Positions 39,935 through 49,958 are shown, numbered from the stretch's first letter. The stretch is DNA of 64,000 nucleotides from Candidatus Bathyarchaeota archaeon (GCA_052246995.1 JBQPWD010000004.1:32001-96000), one strand, 5' to 3'. The notes: generated by a model not told the origin, from the sequence alone. A program made the numbers and translations.

Positions 39935-42019
39935 TTAAAGTTTCTCAATAAAACTTATGTTGTCTCTTTTTGAAACAAAGATTTTTGTTGAAGCTTCCTT
40001 TGCAAGTTCTTCCGAGTGAGTAACAGCAAGAATTTGTCTAACCATTTTTAGGTTTGACATGGCTTTGGCTAAAGCTTCAATACTTCCATCCTCTTTACCC
40101 AAAGCTTCTGTTGGTTCGTCAAGAATAAGCAATTCAAAACTTTGGCCAGTCTTAGCCTCCATTATAAGTCTTCCAAGACCAATTCTGTAAGCTAAAGCAA
40201 GCCACGTTCTTTCTCCGCCAGAAATCTGGTTTACATTTCTTCTAAAACCAGATTCATCAATAAGAATCGGCGTGTATTCTTCATCAATTTCAACATAAAA
40301 GCTTCTTTCAGACCCTAATGTTAAACTATCCATAACAGATTGTATAGTTTCTCTTAAACTATCAATGTAAGCTTGCCTAAGTAGTGGAACAATTTCTTTA
40401 TAGGAAAACCTTAGTAAATCAATAATTTTACAGACCTTGTCAGCTAAATTTTTTTGCTTAATTTTTTCCCTAGCAGTTTGAAACCTCTTCTCAATAATTT
40501 CTAACTGATTTAACTTTTCCTTAACCATTTCCTCTTGGTGTTTAAGCTGGTTTAAAAGGTTTTTATATCTTAGAAGCTTTTCTTCCCTAACTTTTCTAGC
40601 GTTTTCAACTTCATCAACATTGAAAGTTGAAATTTCGTTTTCAATGTTTTTAAGCTTTGATGATAGGTTCTCCTGGAGCCTTAATTTTTCGTTAACTACA
40701 TCTTTAAGTTTGTTAAGCTCTTTTTTCTTATCAGAAAGAAGTTTTTCAACCTCGCCTATCTTAAATTCTAATAGTTCAACTCTGTTTTTTGCTTCGGAGG
40801 CTGATTTAAGCTTAAGCTCAACCTCGTTTAACCTGGATTCTACTGTTAAAAGTTTTTGTTGAACGTCAGAGTATTCAGTTGTAATTTGGTTAACTATTTT
40901 ATACCTCTCAAAAGGTTCAATCTTTCTTCTACATGTGGGACATATATCTTCGTTTTCAAGAATAGTTAAAGATTTTTTAGCATTATCAACAAAGCCTTTT
41001 AAACTTGAGAGTTCATTTTTGATTTTTAAAGATTCCTTATCTAATCTTTCAATTAAGCTTTTAAGCTCGGATAAGCTTTTAACATAAAAATTACCTAAAA
41101 TCTTCTCTTTTTCGTCTTTAATCTTCTCTAAACTATTACTATAATTTTCAATTTCAAAATTTTTATCTTCAATCTGCTTTTTAGAGTTTTCAATATACGC
41201 AACATTTTCACCCAGAAGTGTAAGTATTTTCAACTTTTCTTCTTTTAAAGCTTCAATCTTTTTTTCTAAAGTTTCTAAACTCCTTAGATTTTCTTCTGCA
41301 TCTTTAAAGCCTTTTTCAGCTTCAACAATTAGGCCTTTAAGGTTTTCAATTTCGCTTTGAAGATTTACATATTCAACTAAAAGTTTGTCGTACTGGTTTT
41401 TAAGCTCAATAAAACCGACAACATCAGGGTCTTTTTCTAGAGTAAGACGAACAGCATCATAATGCTTTTTATATTGGAGAAGGTTTTCCCATGCTTCATA
41501 AAAATCTGTAAAACCAAAAAGTTCGTCAAGAAGATTTTGCCTCTCACGTGGGGTCATGTTTAATATTTCTTTAAGCCTTTCTTGTTGAATCCATATGAAC
41601 TCCTCAAACATTTTCTTGTCAATACCAATTATGTTTTTAAGTTGTTCTTGAACCGCGTGAATTTTTCCCCATGCCAGAAGCTTGCCGTTTTCTGATAGTG
41701 TTAGTGTGCTTGAGTCTTGACTAATTCTACCACCTTTTTCCCTTTTTAAGCCTCTAACAATTTTGTACATTTTACCTAAATGTTCAAATTCAACAGAAAC
41801 TTTACAGTTGTTCTTATCTTCTCTTAATAGGTATCCATAATCCTTGTAAAGCGGTTCACCAAAAAGAGCAAAATGGAGAGATAGAAGTATGGAGGTTTTA
41901 CCTGTGCCAACACCTCCAACCATGCAGTTAAAACCTTCATTAAATTCTACTTTTGAGGATAGATGTGAACGAATATGTTGAATTTCAATCCTTTTTATAA
42001 TCATCCGCAAGTACCTCAA
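39935..42019 (-). CDS. rad50: Rad50/SbcC SMC-like ATPase
   Basis: Walker A GGVGTGKTS, Q-loop, coiled coils, CPTC zinc hook, SGGER signature, LDEPT. Confidence 0.93.
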   Translation of the reverse strand: MRYLRMIIKRIEIQHIRSHLSSKVEFNEGFNCMVGGVGTGKTSILLSLHFALFGEPLYKDYGYLLREDKNNCKVSVEFEHLGKMYKIVRGLKREKGGRISQDSSTLTLSENGKLLAWGKIHAVQEQLKNIIGIDKKMFEEFIWIQQERLKEILNMTPRERQNLLDELFGFTDFYEAWENLLQYKKHYDAVRLTLEKDPDVVGFIELKNQYDKLLVEYVNLQSEIENLKGLIVEAEKGFKDAEENLRSLETLEKKIEALKEEKLKILTLLGENVAYIENSKKQIEDKNFEIENYSNSLEKIKDEKEKILGNFYVKSLSELKSLIERLDKESLKIKNELSSLKGFVDNAKKSLTILENEDICPTCRRKIEPFERYKIVNQITTEYSDVQQKLLTVESRLNEVELKLKSASEAKNRVELLEFKIGEVEKLLSDKKKELNKLKDVVNEKLRLQENLSSKLKNIENEISTFNVDEVENARKVREEKLLRYKNLLNQLKHQEEMVKEKLNQLEIIEKRFQTAREKIKQKNLADKVCKIIDLLRFSYKEIVPLLRQAYIDSLRETIQSVMDSLTLGSERSFYVEIDEEYTPILIDESGFRRNVNQISGGERTWLALAYRIGLGRLIMEAKTGQSFELLILDEPTEALGKEDGSIEALAKAMSNLKMVRQILAVTHSEELAKEASTKIFVSKRDNISFIEKL

Positions 42020-43199
42020 GTATTTTTTTAACTTCTTCCTCTTCGCCTTTTAAAAGGTGAGGTATCAAGTCTAAAGTTTTTTTTGCAAGTTTTACACTAA
42101 ACTCTTCTCGAAAACCATAGCCTTTATAAATTTTTAAGAAATGTTCATATGCAGCTGTTTTAAGTTCTCTACTCTCCTTTAACTCTACAGGAAGTCTATA
42201 CTGTCCCTTCTCAGTAAGTTGGTTAACTATGCTAACGTATAACGCCTTTTTTGCTAAGCTTCTAATTTTTGGAATGTCAAGCTGGCTTTTTTTAACTCCC
42301 TCAGGAAGAACTCCTTTTATCACAAGCACAACCACAGAACTTTCAACATCGGCTTCTATAACGGTTTTAGATAGTTCATCAAAAATTTTTTCAGTAGTTA
42401 AACCTGAAATATCTTTTTCCTTAACAATAAATTTCCTAGAGCTATCAATTTTTATTCTGTTAACAGTTGGAGGTTCCTTTAAGGAAGGAACTTCAACATA
42501 ATAAAAACCTTTAGGAGTTTCTGCTTCAATGTAGGTTGTTGTTTCCAAGGATCCCGGATAGGCAAGCAAACCATTCTTAAAATTTTTTAGAATGGGTTGG
42601 TGAATGTGGCCTCCAGCATAGTAATTAAAGCCAGTCTTAAGATATTCAGCTCTAAGATCTGGCTTAAAGTTTAGAGAGACAAATTCTGAAACGTCTAATG
42701 TACCATGAAAAACAAAAATGTTAAATAGACTTGAATTTGGTTTTGGGGGGTTTCTTGCTAAATACTCTGGAATTTTCTCGTCAGCTTCCCTTAAGCTTCT
42801 TGAACTTCTAATACCGTAAATATAGTAGCTTTCATTCACATAGCATCCACCATCAAGCCTTGGCAGATAGGTTAGGAGACCAGCATTATGTAGGGGGATT
42901 AGAATGGTTCCTGTCAGCACATTTGGTTCAAGGTCGTGTGAACCATCAACAGCAAAAACTTTTATTTCAGCTTCTTTAAGTCTTCTTAACTCTTTAATGG
43001 CTGTTGCTAAAGTTTGGTTTGATGGTCGAGGGTCATCAAAAATATCTCCAGCTAGAATCACAAATGATGGTTTAAATTGAAGAATCTTGTCTACAGCTTC
43101 GATAAAAACTCTTGTAAAATCTTCTTTGCGCTCAGGAAGGTTGTATTGCATATACCCAAGGTGGGTATCGGCGAGGTGAACAAAACTAAAAGGTTTCAT
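41985..43199 (-). CDS. mre11: Mre11 nuclease
   Basis: ADTHLG, AGDIFD, GSHD, FHG, GGHIH, YPGS. Confidence 0.93.
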   Translation of the reverse strand: MKPFSFVHLADTHLGYMQYNLPERKEDFTRVFIEAVDKILQFKPSFVILAGDIFDDPRPSNQTLATAIKELRRLKEAEIKVFAVDGSHDLEPNVLTGTILIPLHNAGLLTYLPRLDGGCYVNESYYIYGIRSSRSLREADEKIPEYLARNPPKPNSSLFNIFVFHGTLDVSEFVSLNFKPDLRAEYLKTGFNYYAGGHIHQPILKNFKNGLLAYPGSLETTTYIEAETPKGFYYVEVPSLKEPPTVNRIKIDSSRKFIVKEKDISGLTTEKIFDELSKTVIEADVESSVVVLVIKGVLPEGVKKSQLDIPKIRSLAKKALYVSIVNQLTEKGQYRLPVELKESRELKTAAYEHFLKIYKGYGFREEFSVKLAKKTLDLIPHLLKGEEEEVKKILEVLADDYKKD

Positions 43200-43216
43200 T
43201 GCTAACCCCCAAAAAA

Positions 43217-44662
43217 CTAGTTAAAAAAGTTTCTTGTTTCACCCATAGTTTTAACATTCAATTCTTTAACTTTGACTATGAGTGGAACCTCCTTTGTAAC
43301 TTGACCAATAATTAGACAATAATGTGGTTCAAGAGAACATGCAATAGATTTCATTGTTTCGCTGTCAATTTTAGCTACCTTTGAAACCATGTTTAAGTCA
43401 TTTTCATTCTTGAAGTTAAAGAGAAAAACAGAGTCAACCTGCCTGTAAATATCTTCATGTATTGATGCTGGTTGATTTGTTATAAAAAATGTAAAAATTC
43501 CTAAATGTCTCATCCTTGTAACTATATCGTCCCAGTATGTTTCTCTAAGGTATAGGTGGGCTTCTTCAGCAAAAAGAAAGATAGCTTTAACAAGCCACAT
43601 CTTTAAAAGTTCAATAAGCTTTCCTAAAACAAATTCTACAACAATTTTTCTTTCAAGTGTCGATGTTTTGCTAAGATTTAAGATAATAATTCCACCATTA
43701 GAAATTTTGGTTAAAACGTCTTCTAATTTTGAAAGTTCATGAGAATTGTCGGTAAATAGGTGTGAATGTTCAAGAGTATAAAGTCGTGAGATTATAGCTT
43801 CTTTAACACGGTCATTGATAGTGCTAAACCTTAAAGTCTCCAAAATATTTCTAAATGTTAAATTTTTGGTTTTTTTAACCTCATCCCAAACTCTAAAAAG
43901 CTCTCTCAAAGAGAGTTCAGTTAAACCTAAAACGTGAAGTAAAATGTTTGATAAGACAGCCTTACCAGTATATTCTAATGTAACTTTAAAGTTTCTTCCA
44001 GGCTCTAAAACGAAAATTTTGTTATAATACCTGTTTTTTTCACCGTTATTATACAAACCCAGACCTGTATACTCACCATTAACATCAAAAACAACACATG
44101 GAGCACCATATTCAACTAAGCCCAGCATTAAAAGCTTACATAAATGTGACTTTCCTGTACCCTTTCTTCCAATGATAATTGATAGGCCGCCATCTAACGC
44201 GTCTGCATCAACCTTAAGTTCTGAACCATCTCTTGTAAAACCTATTTTTATCGGTCTTTTTAAGCCTATTCCAAGAAGCTTAAAAAGTTCGTTAAAATCA
44301 ACTCTATAAATTTTTGAGTAGATTCTTGAAGGAAGCCAAGAAGTGTCTAAGCTTATTACTTTGTTAATGATTGAACATCTAATCTTGCATATAAGAATTC
44401 TAACATCCTTTAAAAGTGTTATTTGTGACTCAAGGTTTAGCGGGTCAAAATCATCTCCAAACACGTTTATTTCAGTCATTTCTTCCCTAACAAGCTCTTC
44501 AACAAGTCCAGGAAAATTAATAAATTGAATATCTATAACCTGAGCTAGGAGGCTTTTTTTGTTTCTAGTATCCTCAACTAGAAGATAATCTCCTTTACTC
44601 ACTTCTTCTCGGGGGAAACATAAAATTTCAACAGTTTCACCTTCTTTTCTAAACAACTTCAT
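43217..44662 (-). CDS. herA: HerA DNA translocase/helicase
   Basis: HAS-barrel-like N-terminus, GRKGTGKS, FDVNGEY, EEAH, RMRHLG, TNQP. Confidence 0.88.
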   Translation of the reverse strand: MKLFRKEGETVEILCFPREEVSKGDYLLVEDTRNKKSLLAQVIDIQFINFPGLVEELVREEMTEINVFGDDFDPLNLESQITLLKDVRILICKIRCSIINKVISLDTSWLPSRIYSKIYRVDFNELFKLLGIGLKRPIKIGFTRDGSELKVDADALDGGLSIIIGRKGTGKSHLCKLLMLGLVEYGAPCVVFDVNGEYTGLGLYNNGEKNRYYNKIFVLEPGRNFKVTLEYTGKAVLSNILLHVLGLTELSLRELFRVWDEVKKTKNLTFRNILETLRFSTINDRVKEAIISRLYTLEHSHLFTDNSHELSKLEDVLTKISNGGIIILNLSKTSTLERKIVVEFVLGKLIELLKMWLVKAIFLFAEEAHLYLRETYWDDIVTRMRHLGIFTFFITNQPASIHEDIYRQVDSVFLFNFKNENDLNMVSKVAKIDSETMKSIACSLEPHYCLIIGQVTKEVPLIVKVKELNVKTMGETRNFFN

Positions 44663-44676
44663 AAGCTAAACCTTCA

Positions 44677-45687
44677 CTATTTTGCAAACGGTCCAAAAAG
44701 TATTTTCCTTGTACTTTGTAGCTTCTTAACTTTGATCCCAAGTTTTTTTGTTATTAAACGTTGAATACCTAAAATTTCTATCTTTGTGAATGTTGAAAGA
44801 ATGTGAGCTAATCTTAGGGTTTCAGGATATCCTTGAGTAAGAACATCATTACCAATAAGTTCTCCTACAGAGTTAACAATGTCTTCAAAACTAAGTTTTC
44901 CATCAACATCAACTCTAAATTCCATGTTTTCGTTTGAAAACTTTGCAATAAAGACTTTACCCAAGAGTGAGGAGGAAATAGTGCTAGGTAAAAGGTCATC
45001 TACACGAAGCATCCACGGAGGTTGAAACTCTTTTTTTAATCTTAAAAGAACAGATTTACTGTCAATATAGACCTTACTCTTTTTTGATATAGCTAAAACC
45101 TTATTACCTTCTTTTCTAGCCAACTCTAATATTTTATGGTTAGTTGATTGGTTTGAAAGACAACCATCAAAAATGATTATAGAGTTGCTTGTAGCCTGTG
45201 CTACATGCCATTGAAGAAATTTTTCAAAAATATTTTGAGATTGAGATTTGAAATCTAATGAATTGTTGACTGGTTCTGCGTTATTCCTTTCAAATACTTC
45301 ATCTAAGCCTGTAAAATGAAAAATGAAAGGGCCATATCTTACATACCTATAAGCGTAAACATCTTTCCACACAACAGCGCCTCTAAAAGCATAAACTACA
45401 CCATCCCTAGTTACGCCTATCCTTCTTTGAGAGGTATCTAAACTAATGATAAGAGTGGAAGAGTTACTTAGGGGTTTAAGTCTTATAAGCCTGTCATCTA
45501 CATTTATTGGCATGTTTTCAACAGTTAGCATCTTATCTTCAATAGAGTAATCCTGAAGTACGTCGGTAGGTGGCGTATCGTATACATCAAGAATTTCACC
45601 TTTAACCTTAGATAGAGATTTAAAACTTACGTTAAGAAGATTTTCCGGTAAATCTTCCATAAAATTTTTAAATTCAAGTTTAAACAT
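44677..45687 (-). CDS. nurA: NurA 5'-3' nuclease
   Basis: SLDTS, IFDG, AISKKS, GYPETLRLAH; sits upstream of herA. Confidence 0.82.
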   Translation of the reverse strand: MFKLEFKNFMEDLPENLLNVSFKSLSKVKGEILDVYDTPPTDVLQDYSIEDKMLTVENMPINVDDRLIRLKPLSNSSTLIISLDTSQRRIGVTRDGVVYAFRGAVVWKDVYAYRYVRYGPFIFHFTGLDEVFERNNAEPVNNSLDFKSQSQNIFEKFLQWHVAQATSNSIIIFDGCLSNQSTNHKILELARKEGNKVLAISKKSKVYIDSKSVLLRLKKEFQPPWMLRVDDLLPSTISSSLLGKVFIAKFSNENMEFRVDVDGKLSFEDIVNSVGELIGNDVLTQGYPETLRLAHILSTFTKIEILGIQRLITKKLGIKVKKLQSTRKILFGPFAK

Positions 45688-46177
45688 TGAATGGTGCCTC
45701 CGTTAAACCTTCTTCAACACCACTTGAAGCCAAAGTGTAAACATAGCCATGCTCAGTTTTCCATCTTCGGACCTTCTGTTTTTTAGTTAATCTTGTAAGA
45801 GTAAAACCTATAACCTTGTTTGAGTAGTGTAAAGCATTAGCATCTAAAACCTCTTTAATCTCGGAAAGTGTTCTAGGCTTCTTTTTACCCCATGAAGTCG
45901 AAAGAAGCTGTACAACAGCTTCAGGGCAACTTTTAGCACTAATCGACGGGTATGGTTCAGATAAATTATGGGAGACTGGAAAACTTTCTTCCTGCTTGGT
46001 TAGAGGCGAAGGATATTCTTCTTTACCTTTAAAAATTTCAGCTTTAGAAATTGCTTCGAATATTTTTGGTAAGTCTTTTTCAATCATTTCAAGAATGTTC
46101 TGTCTTGAACCTTCAAGTTGAAGCTCGCTGTTACCTATCTTTAAACGTAAAATTATTTTTCCACTATCGTTATTCAA
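45680..46177 (-). CDS. Hypothetical protein with N-terminal xEG beta-hairpin and C-terminal winged helix
   Basis: LKIGNSELQLEGS; PRTLSEIKEVL...LTRLTKKQKVRR...YVY. Confidence 0.65.
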   Translation of the reverse strand: MNNDSGKIILRLKIGNSELQLEGSRQNILEMIEKDLPKIFEAISKAEIFKGKEEYPSPLTKQEESFPVSHNLSEPYPSISAKSCPEAVVQLLSTSWGKKKPRTLSEIKEVLDANALHYSNKVIGFTLTRLTKKQKVRRWKTEHGYVYTLASSGVEEGLTEAPFNV

Positions 46178-46179
46178 GT

Positions 46180-46686
46180 TTAACCCTCCGACTTTATTTT
46201 AGGCAAAACTTCTTCCATAAGATGTTTAAGCCCAAGTGTTGTAACCTTATATTCGCCTCTACCAATTCTTTCAATAAGTCCGTCATCAGAAAGCTCGCTA
46301 AGTCTTCCAGCTAAAGCGCCAGTACCACTTCCAGTAATTCTTAAAAGTTCATCAACAGAAAGAGAGAGCTTATCTGAAACCTTTAACTCGTAACCAATAT
46401 AAGCCTTTAAAAGGTGTAAAAGTATACGCTCTCTTAGAGATAGTTGTTTTACAAGTTTCTCTTTCGGAATAAGAAGGAAAACTCCCTCGCTGGATATACC
46501 GATGATTCCCTCAATTTTTTTCAGTAATTCTTCAAAGTCAACTGAAATAACAAGGTTTTTAATTAAACTATAGCTTGGGTAGTGTTTGCTAAGAAACTCC
46601 ATCAAGGCGCGAGTAACATCCTCAACGGAACCTTCAAAACTAAGTTTTAGTTCACCACATTCCAAATAGACACGAATACTTTCCAA
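46180..46686 (-). CDS. Hypothetical protein with N-terminal FEG beta-hairpin and C-terminal winged helix
   Basis: GELKLSFEGS; LSVDEL...GRLSELSDDGLIERIGRGEYKVTTLG. Confidence 0.7.
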   Translation of the reverse strand: MESIRVYLECGELKLSFEGSVEDVTRALMEFLSKHYPSYSLIKNLVISVDFEELLKKIEGIIGISSEGVFLLIPKEKLVKQLSLRERILLHLLKAYIGYELKVSDKLSLSVDELLRITGSGTGALAGRLSELSDDGLIERIGRGEYKVTTLGLKHLMEEVLPKIKSEG

Positions 46687-46704
46687 ACTTTAACACACCC
46701 CAAC

Positions 46705-47160
46705 TTAAGATTTTAACTTTGAAATAAGGTCTTCAACCCAAGATTTACCTGTAAGAGAAAGTCTGTAAGCTCCTCCATCCTTTACAACCAAACCCTCATT
46801 CCTAAGCTCGCTAAGTCTTGCACCAAAACCCGCTGAAGGTCTACCTGAAAGAGCTAAAAGTCGTGCAACTTCTCTTGGTGTAAGAAGGTTAGGGTCATTA
46901 GCATAAAGAATTAATCCAATAGCTTCCTTATCATTTATCCTGTCTCTTGGAAGGGTTAAAAGTGTACCCTCATTAGTATATTCAATTAAACCTTTTAGAG
47001 ATTCTTTTTTATCGATAGGAGTTTCAGACCTAACAACTAAGCCATCTATAATATCTAACCATTCTGGAAGGGATTTTAGATTTTCAGCAAGCTCGGTAAG
47101 GCTTTCACCTTCAAAAACAATTTCACCATAAGGTCGTCTAAGTACTAACTTTACTTTCAA
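46705..47160 (-). CDS. Hypothetical protein with N-terminal FEG beta-hairpin and C-terminal winged helix
   Basis: GEIVFEGES; LTPREVA...ARLSELRNEGLVVKDGGAYRLSLTG. Confidence 0.7.
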   Translation of the reverse strand: MKVKLVLRRPYGEIVFEGESLTELAENLKSLPEWLDIIDGLVVRSETPIDKKESLKGLIEYTNEGTLLTLPRDRINDKEAIGLILYANDPNLLTPREVARLLALSGRPSAGFGARLSELRNEGLVVKDGGAYRLSLTGKSWVEDLISKLKS

Positions 47161-47189
47161 GTTTATCTGAAAAAGAATAAGTTTAAGAC

Positions 47190-47269
47190 ATATATAAACT
47201 TTTAACGTAAAGTTTATATATAATACGTTTTTTTACGAAATTTTAATTGTAATTTTACGTTTTATTACG
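47190..47269. promoter_or_regulatory. Promoter region of the wHTH-nurA-herA-mre11-rad50 operon: 13-bp inverted repeat (back-to-back TATA boxes) and phased ACG motifs
   Basis: ATATATAAACTTT-TAACGT-AAAGTTTATATAT at 47190-47221; ACG with C at 47206, 47226, 47236, 47258, 47268. Confidence 0.6.
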
Positions 47270-49178
47270 AAAAATTCTTCAATTTTTTACTGGCAACTTC
47301 AACAAGAACCTTAATGTCAACTCTGCCTCTAAACTCTGCCATAACGTTCTTTATAATAAGGTCCAAGGCTTTTTCAGAGCTACTTTTAATTTGTTGTAGA
47401 TTTTCAGAAATTTTACTTTCAACCACTTTTTCAACTTCCTCTATTGTTAAGCTTTTAAGTCCAAGTTTTTCTAAAGCCTCTGACACCGCGCCACCATTTT
47501 TAGCTAACCATTCAACAACAGCTGAAAAAGATTCCTTTGCAGTTTTACCTTCATTAATAGCCTTAAAAATTTCAAGAAAATCTTCATCAGAAAGATTCTC
47601 TACAGGGATACCCTTTCTTTCAAGATTTTTAACGGTTTCTGTTAACGATGAAGCTATAAAAGTTGGAGAAATAGAGACATTTTTAGCTATTTTTTTAAAC
47701 AACTCTAAGTAATCTGAGTTAACAATTTGTTCCGCCAGTTTTCTGTTAATGTTATGCTCACTCATAATATTTTTTACAACCTGCTCTGGTTCAGGGGGGA
47801 TATTTTTTCTAGCTTTCTCAATTAACTCTTCACTTACAACTACTGGTGGAATGTCAGTTTCAGGGTAGAGTCTGGCAGCACCAGGTCTAGGCCTCATATA
47901 CCTTGTTGTACCATCAGGTTTTGCCATTCTAGTTTCTTCAGGAACCCCGTCTAAAGCTTCAATAATTCTTTCAATAACAGCTTTAAGAGCTTTTTTAGCT
48001 TTCTCAAGTTTGTCGGCTACAAGTATAGCTCCATCAACCTCTGAAAGTTTAAGTTTAAGTTTAACGTGCTCTAACTCTTCAACATCTATACCGTAAGCTG
48101 GAAGTTCATCTGTATGAAATATTCCACCAACACCACCATAAAACATAGCTCTATCTGAAAGTTCTGTTCCAAATCTAACCTTTGGAATAAGTTCAATACC
48201 AAGTATACCGGCAATTTTAGGTATCTTAACTCCTAAAACCACGCCACCACCATCCAAGGCCTTTCTAATAACCTTGCTCTTAGTATTCCTAAAAATCTCT
48301 GTTAAATCATGAAAATCTTCTTTTAACAACTCCTCAGCAGTTAATCCACGACTCTTTAATTTTTCCTTAATTTCTAAAAGCTTAAGCTGTCTTTGAACCT
48401 CGTATTCAACAACTTTCGAAATAAGTTCAAGTTCTTGAACACCTTTAACCTCTACAAGACCTCCGCCAACAATAGATATGTTTAAATCCTGCCTGATAGA
48501 ACCTAATCCTCTTTTAACTTTTCCTGTTCTTCTTAAAACTTCACCTATGGCTAAAGCAACCTTTTCAGCTTCCTTGGGGGAGGAGATAACTGGGGCTGTT
48601 GAAACTTCAATTAAAGGAATACCTAGTCTATCAAGCCTATAGGTAACTTTGTTTTCATCTTCACTAACCTTTCTAGCGGCATCTTCTTCTAGACATACTG
48701 CTTGAACAGGTATTTTTTTACCATCAACATCTAAAAAACCTTCTAAAGCAACAATACAGGTTCTTTGAAAACCACAAGTATTGGAGCCGTCGATGACAAT
48801 TTTCCTCATAACATGTATTTCATTTACAGGTTTTGAGTTAAGCAAAATTGCAACTTGTAAGGCTATTTCAACAGCTTCAAGGTTTAAATCATGGGGGGGT
48901 TCCTCGTCAAACTCAACAAGACAAGAGGTTTCTCTGTCGGCTTCATAAACAACGAGTTTACACTTCTGAAATTCAAATAAAGCCGCAGGGTCAAATTCAC
49001 CAAGTTCAGATTGTGTTGGGCGTAAACGTCTAACAAAGGTAATTTCAGGTTTTCCTATTGAAAGCTTTGTTGGACAATTACAGAAAAGCTTACATTTTGT
49101 GTTTAGTTGTCTATGAATTTCAAGACCAACCTTTAACCCAATAGATTCATAATTTATAGTAGAGTTCACTGTCAGCAC
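47265..49178 (-). CDS. gatE: Glu-tRNA(Gln) amidotransferase subunit E
   Basis: GLEIHRQL, RKIVIDGSNT.GFQRT, IRQDLN, RPRPGAARLYPETDIP. Confidence 0.97.
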   Translation of the reverse strand: MLTVNSTINYESIGLKVGLEIHRQLNTKCKLFCNCPTKLSIGKPEITFVRRLRPTQSELGEFDPAALFEFQKCKLVVYEADRETSCLVEFDEEPPHDLNLEAVEIALQVAILLNSKPVNEIHVMRKIVIDGSNTCGFQRTCIVALEGFLDVDGKKIPVQAVCLEEDAARKVSEDENKVTYRLDRLGIPLIEVSTAPVISSPKEAEKVALAIGEVLRRTGKVKRGLGSIRQDLNISIVGGGLVEVKGVQELELISKVVEYEVQRQLKLLEIKEKLKSRGLTAEELLKEDFHDLTEIFRNTKSKVIRKALDGGGVVLGVKIPKIAGILGIELIPKVRFGTELSDRAMFYGGVGGIFHTDELPAYGIDVEELEHVKLKLKLSEVDGAILVADKLEKAKKALKAVIERIIEALDGVPEETRMAKPDGTTRYMRPRPGAARLYPETDIPPVVVSEELIEKARKNIPPEPEQVVKNIMSEHNINRKLAEQIVNSDYLELFKKIAKNVSISPTFIASSLTETVKNLERKGIPVENLSDEDFLEIFKAINEGKTAKESFSAVVEWLAKNGGAVSEALEKLGLKSLTIEEVEKVVESKISENLQQIKSSSEKALDLIIKNVMAEFRGRVDIKVLVEVASKKLKNFS

Positions 49179-49306
49179 CTAGAAAAATCTAAGCTAAACA
49201 TTAAACAATTTTTCCCTAAACCTTAATAGGTTTGGGGAGGGTTTTTAAGTTTTTGATAGATCCTTGACACTATTACTGGTTCTAGTTTATGCAAGGTTCG
49301 TAGAGG

Positions 49307-49885
49307 TTGGATAGCTGGGAAAATAGGAAAAAAATGTTTATGAAAAGAATTCATAGAGATCTTTCCAGTGGATATTTTGATAAAGATATGTTAAGCCTTG
49401 TTGAGGAGATTAATAAGCATCCTGAGATGTATACTACAAGCTCATGTAGTGGAAGGATTGTGCTTCTTAAGGCATCAAAACCTTGGAATAAAAGTAACGT
49501 TACAATTATTTGTAAGTGGCATGAAAGGATAAGTTTAGAGGAAATAACTAAAAACATTAAACCATGTGGTAAAGATTTAAGCTTATGGCTTATTCTTCAA
49601 TCGCCAATAATACATGTCTCATGTAAAAATGTTGAAATTGCAATAAAACTTGTAAGAAAGGCTAGAAGCTCCGGCTTTAGATATTCAAGCATATTCTCAA
49701 AAGGGAAGATAGGAATTTTTGTTGAAATTATGGGTAGTGAAAGAATAGATTTACCGCTTGTAATTGAGGATAGGGTAATTATAAACATGGAAAATCTAAA
49801 TAAGCTAATAGACCACTTAAACACAATACTACAAAACATAAAAACAAAAATCCAAAGATTAGGTGAAGCAGTAAAGATGTTGTAA
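49307..49885 (+). CDS. taw3: tRNA wybutosine-pathway methyltransferase Taw3/TYW3
   Basis: YTTSSCSGRI signature, KWH, PIIHV. Confidence 0.9.
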   Translation: MDSWENRKKMFMKRIHRDLSSGYFDKDMLSLVEEINKHPEMYTTSSCSGRIVLLKASKPWNKSNVTIICKWHERISLEEITKNIKPCGKDLSLWLILQSPIIHVSCKNVEIAIKLVRKARSSGFRYSSIFSKGKIGIFVEIMGSERIDLPLVIEDRVIINMENLNKLIDHLNTILQNIKTKIQRLGEAVKML

Positions 49886-49958
49886 AAACATGTTTAGGTG
49901 GTTAGTAGACTTTGCCAGAGTTAAACTTAAAAGCTTTAGAAAAATAATTTCTTATAAG

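Noticed and set aside
39935-47160. Reading the SMC-like ATPase plus wHTH genes as a Wadjet/MksBEF or condensin system
   Set aside because: The ATPase has a CxxC zinc hook rather than a hinge and sits with Mre11, HerA and NurA. No kleisin-sized or Toprim nuclease gene is present.
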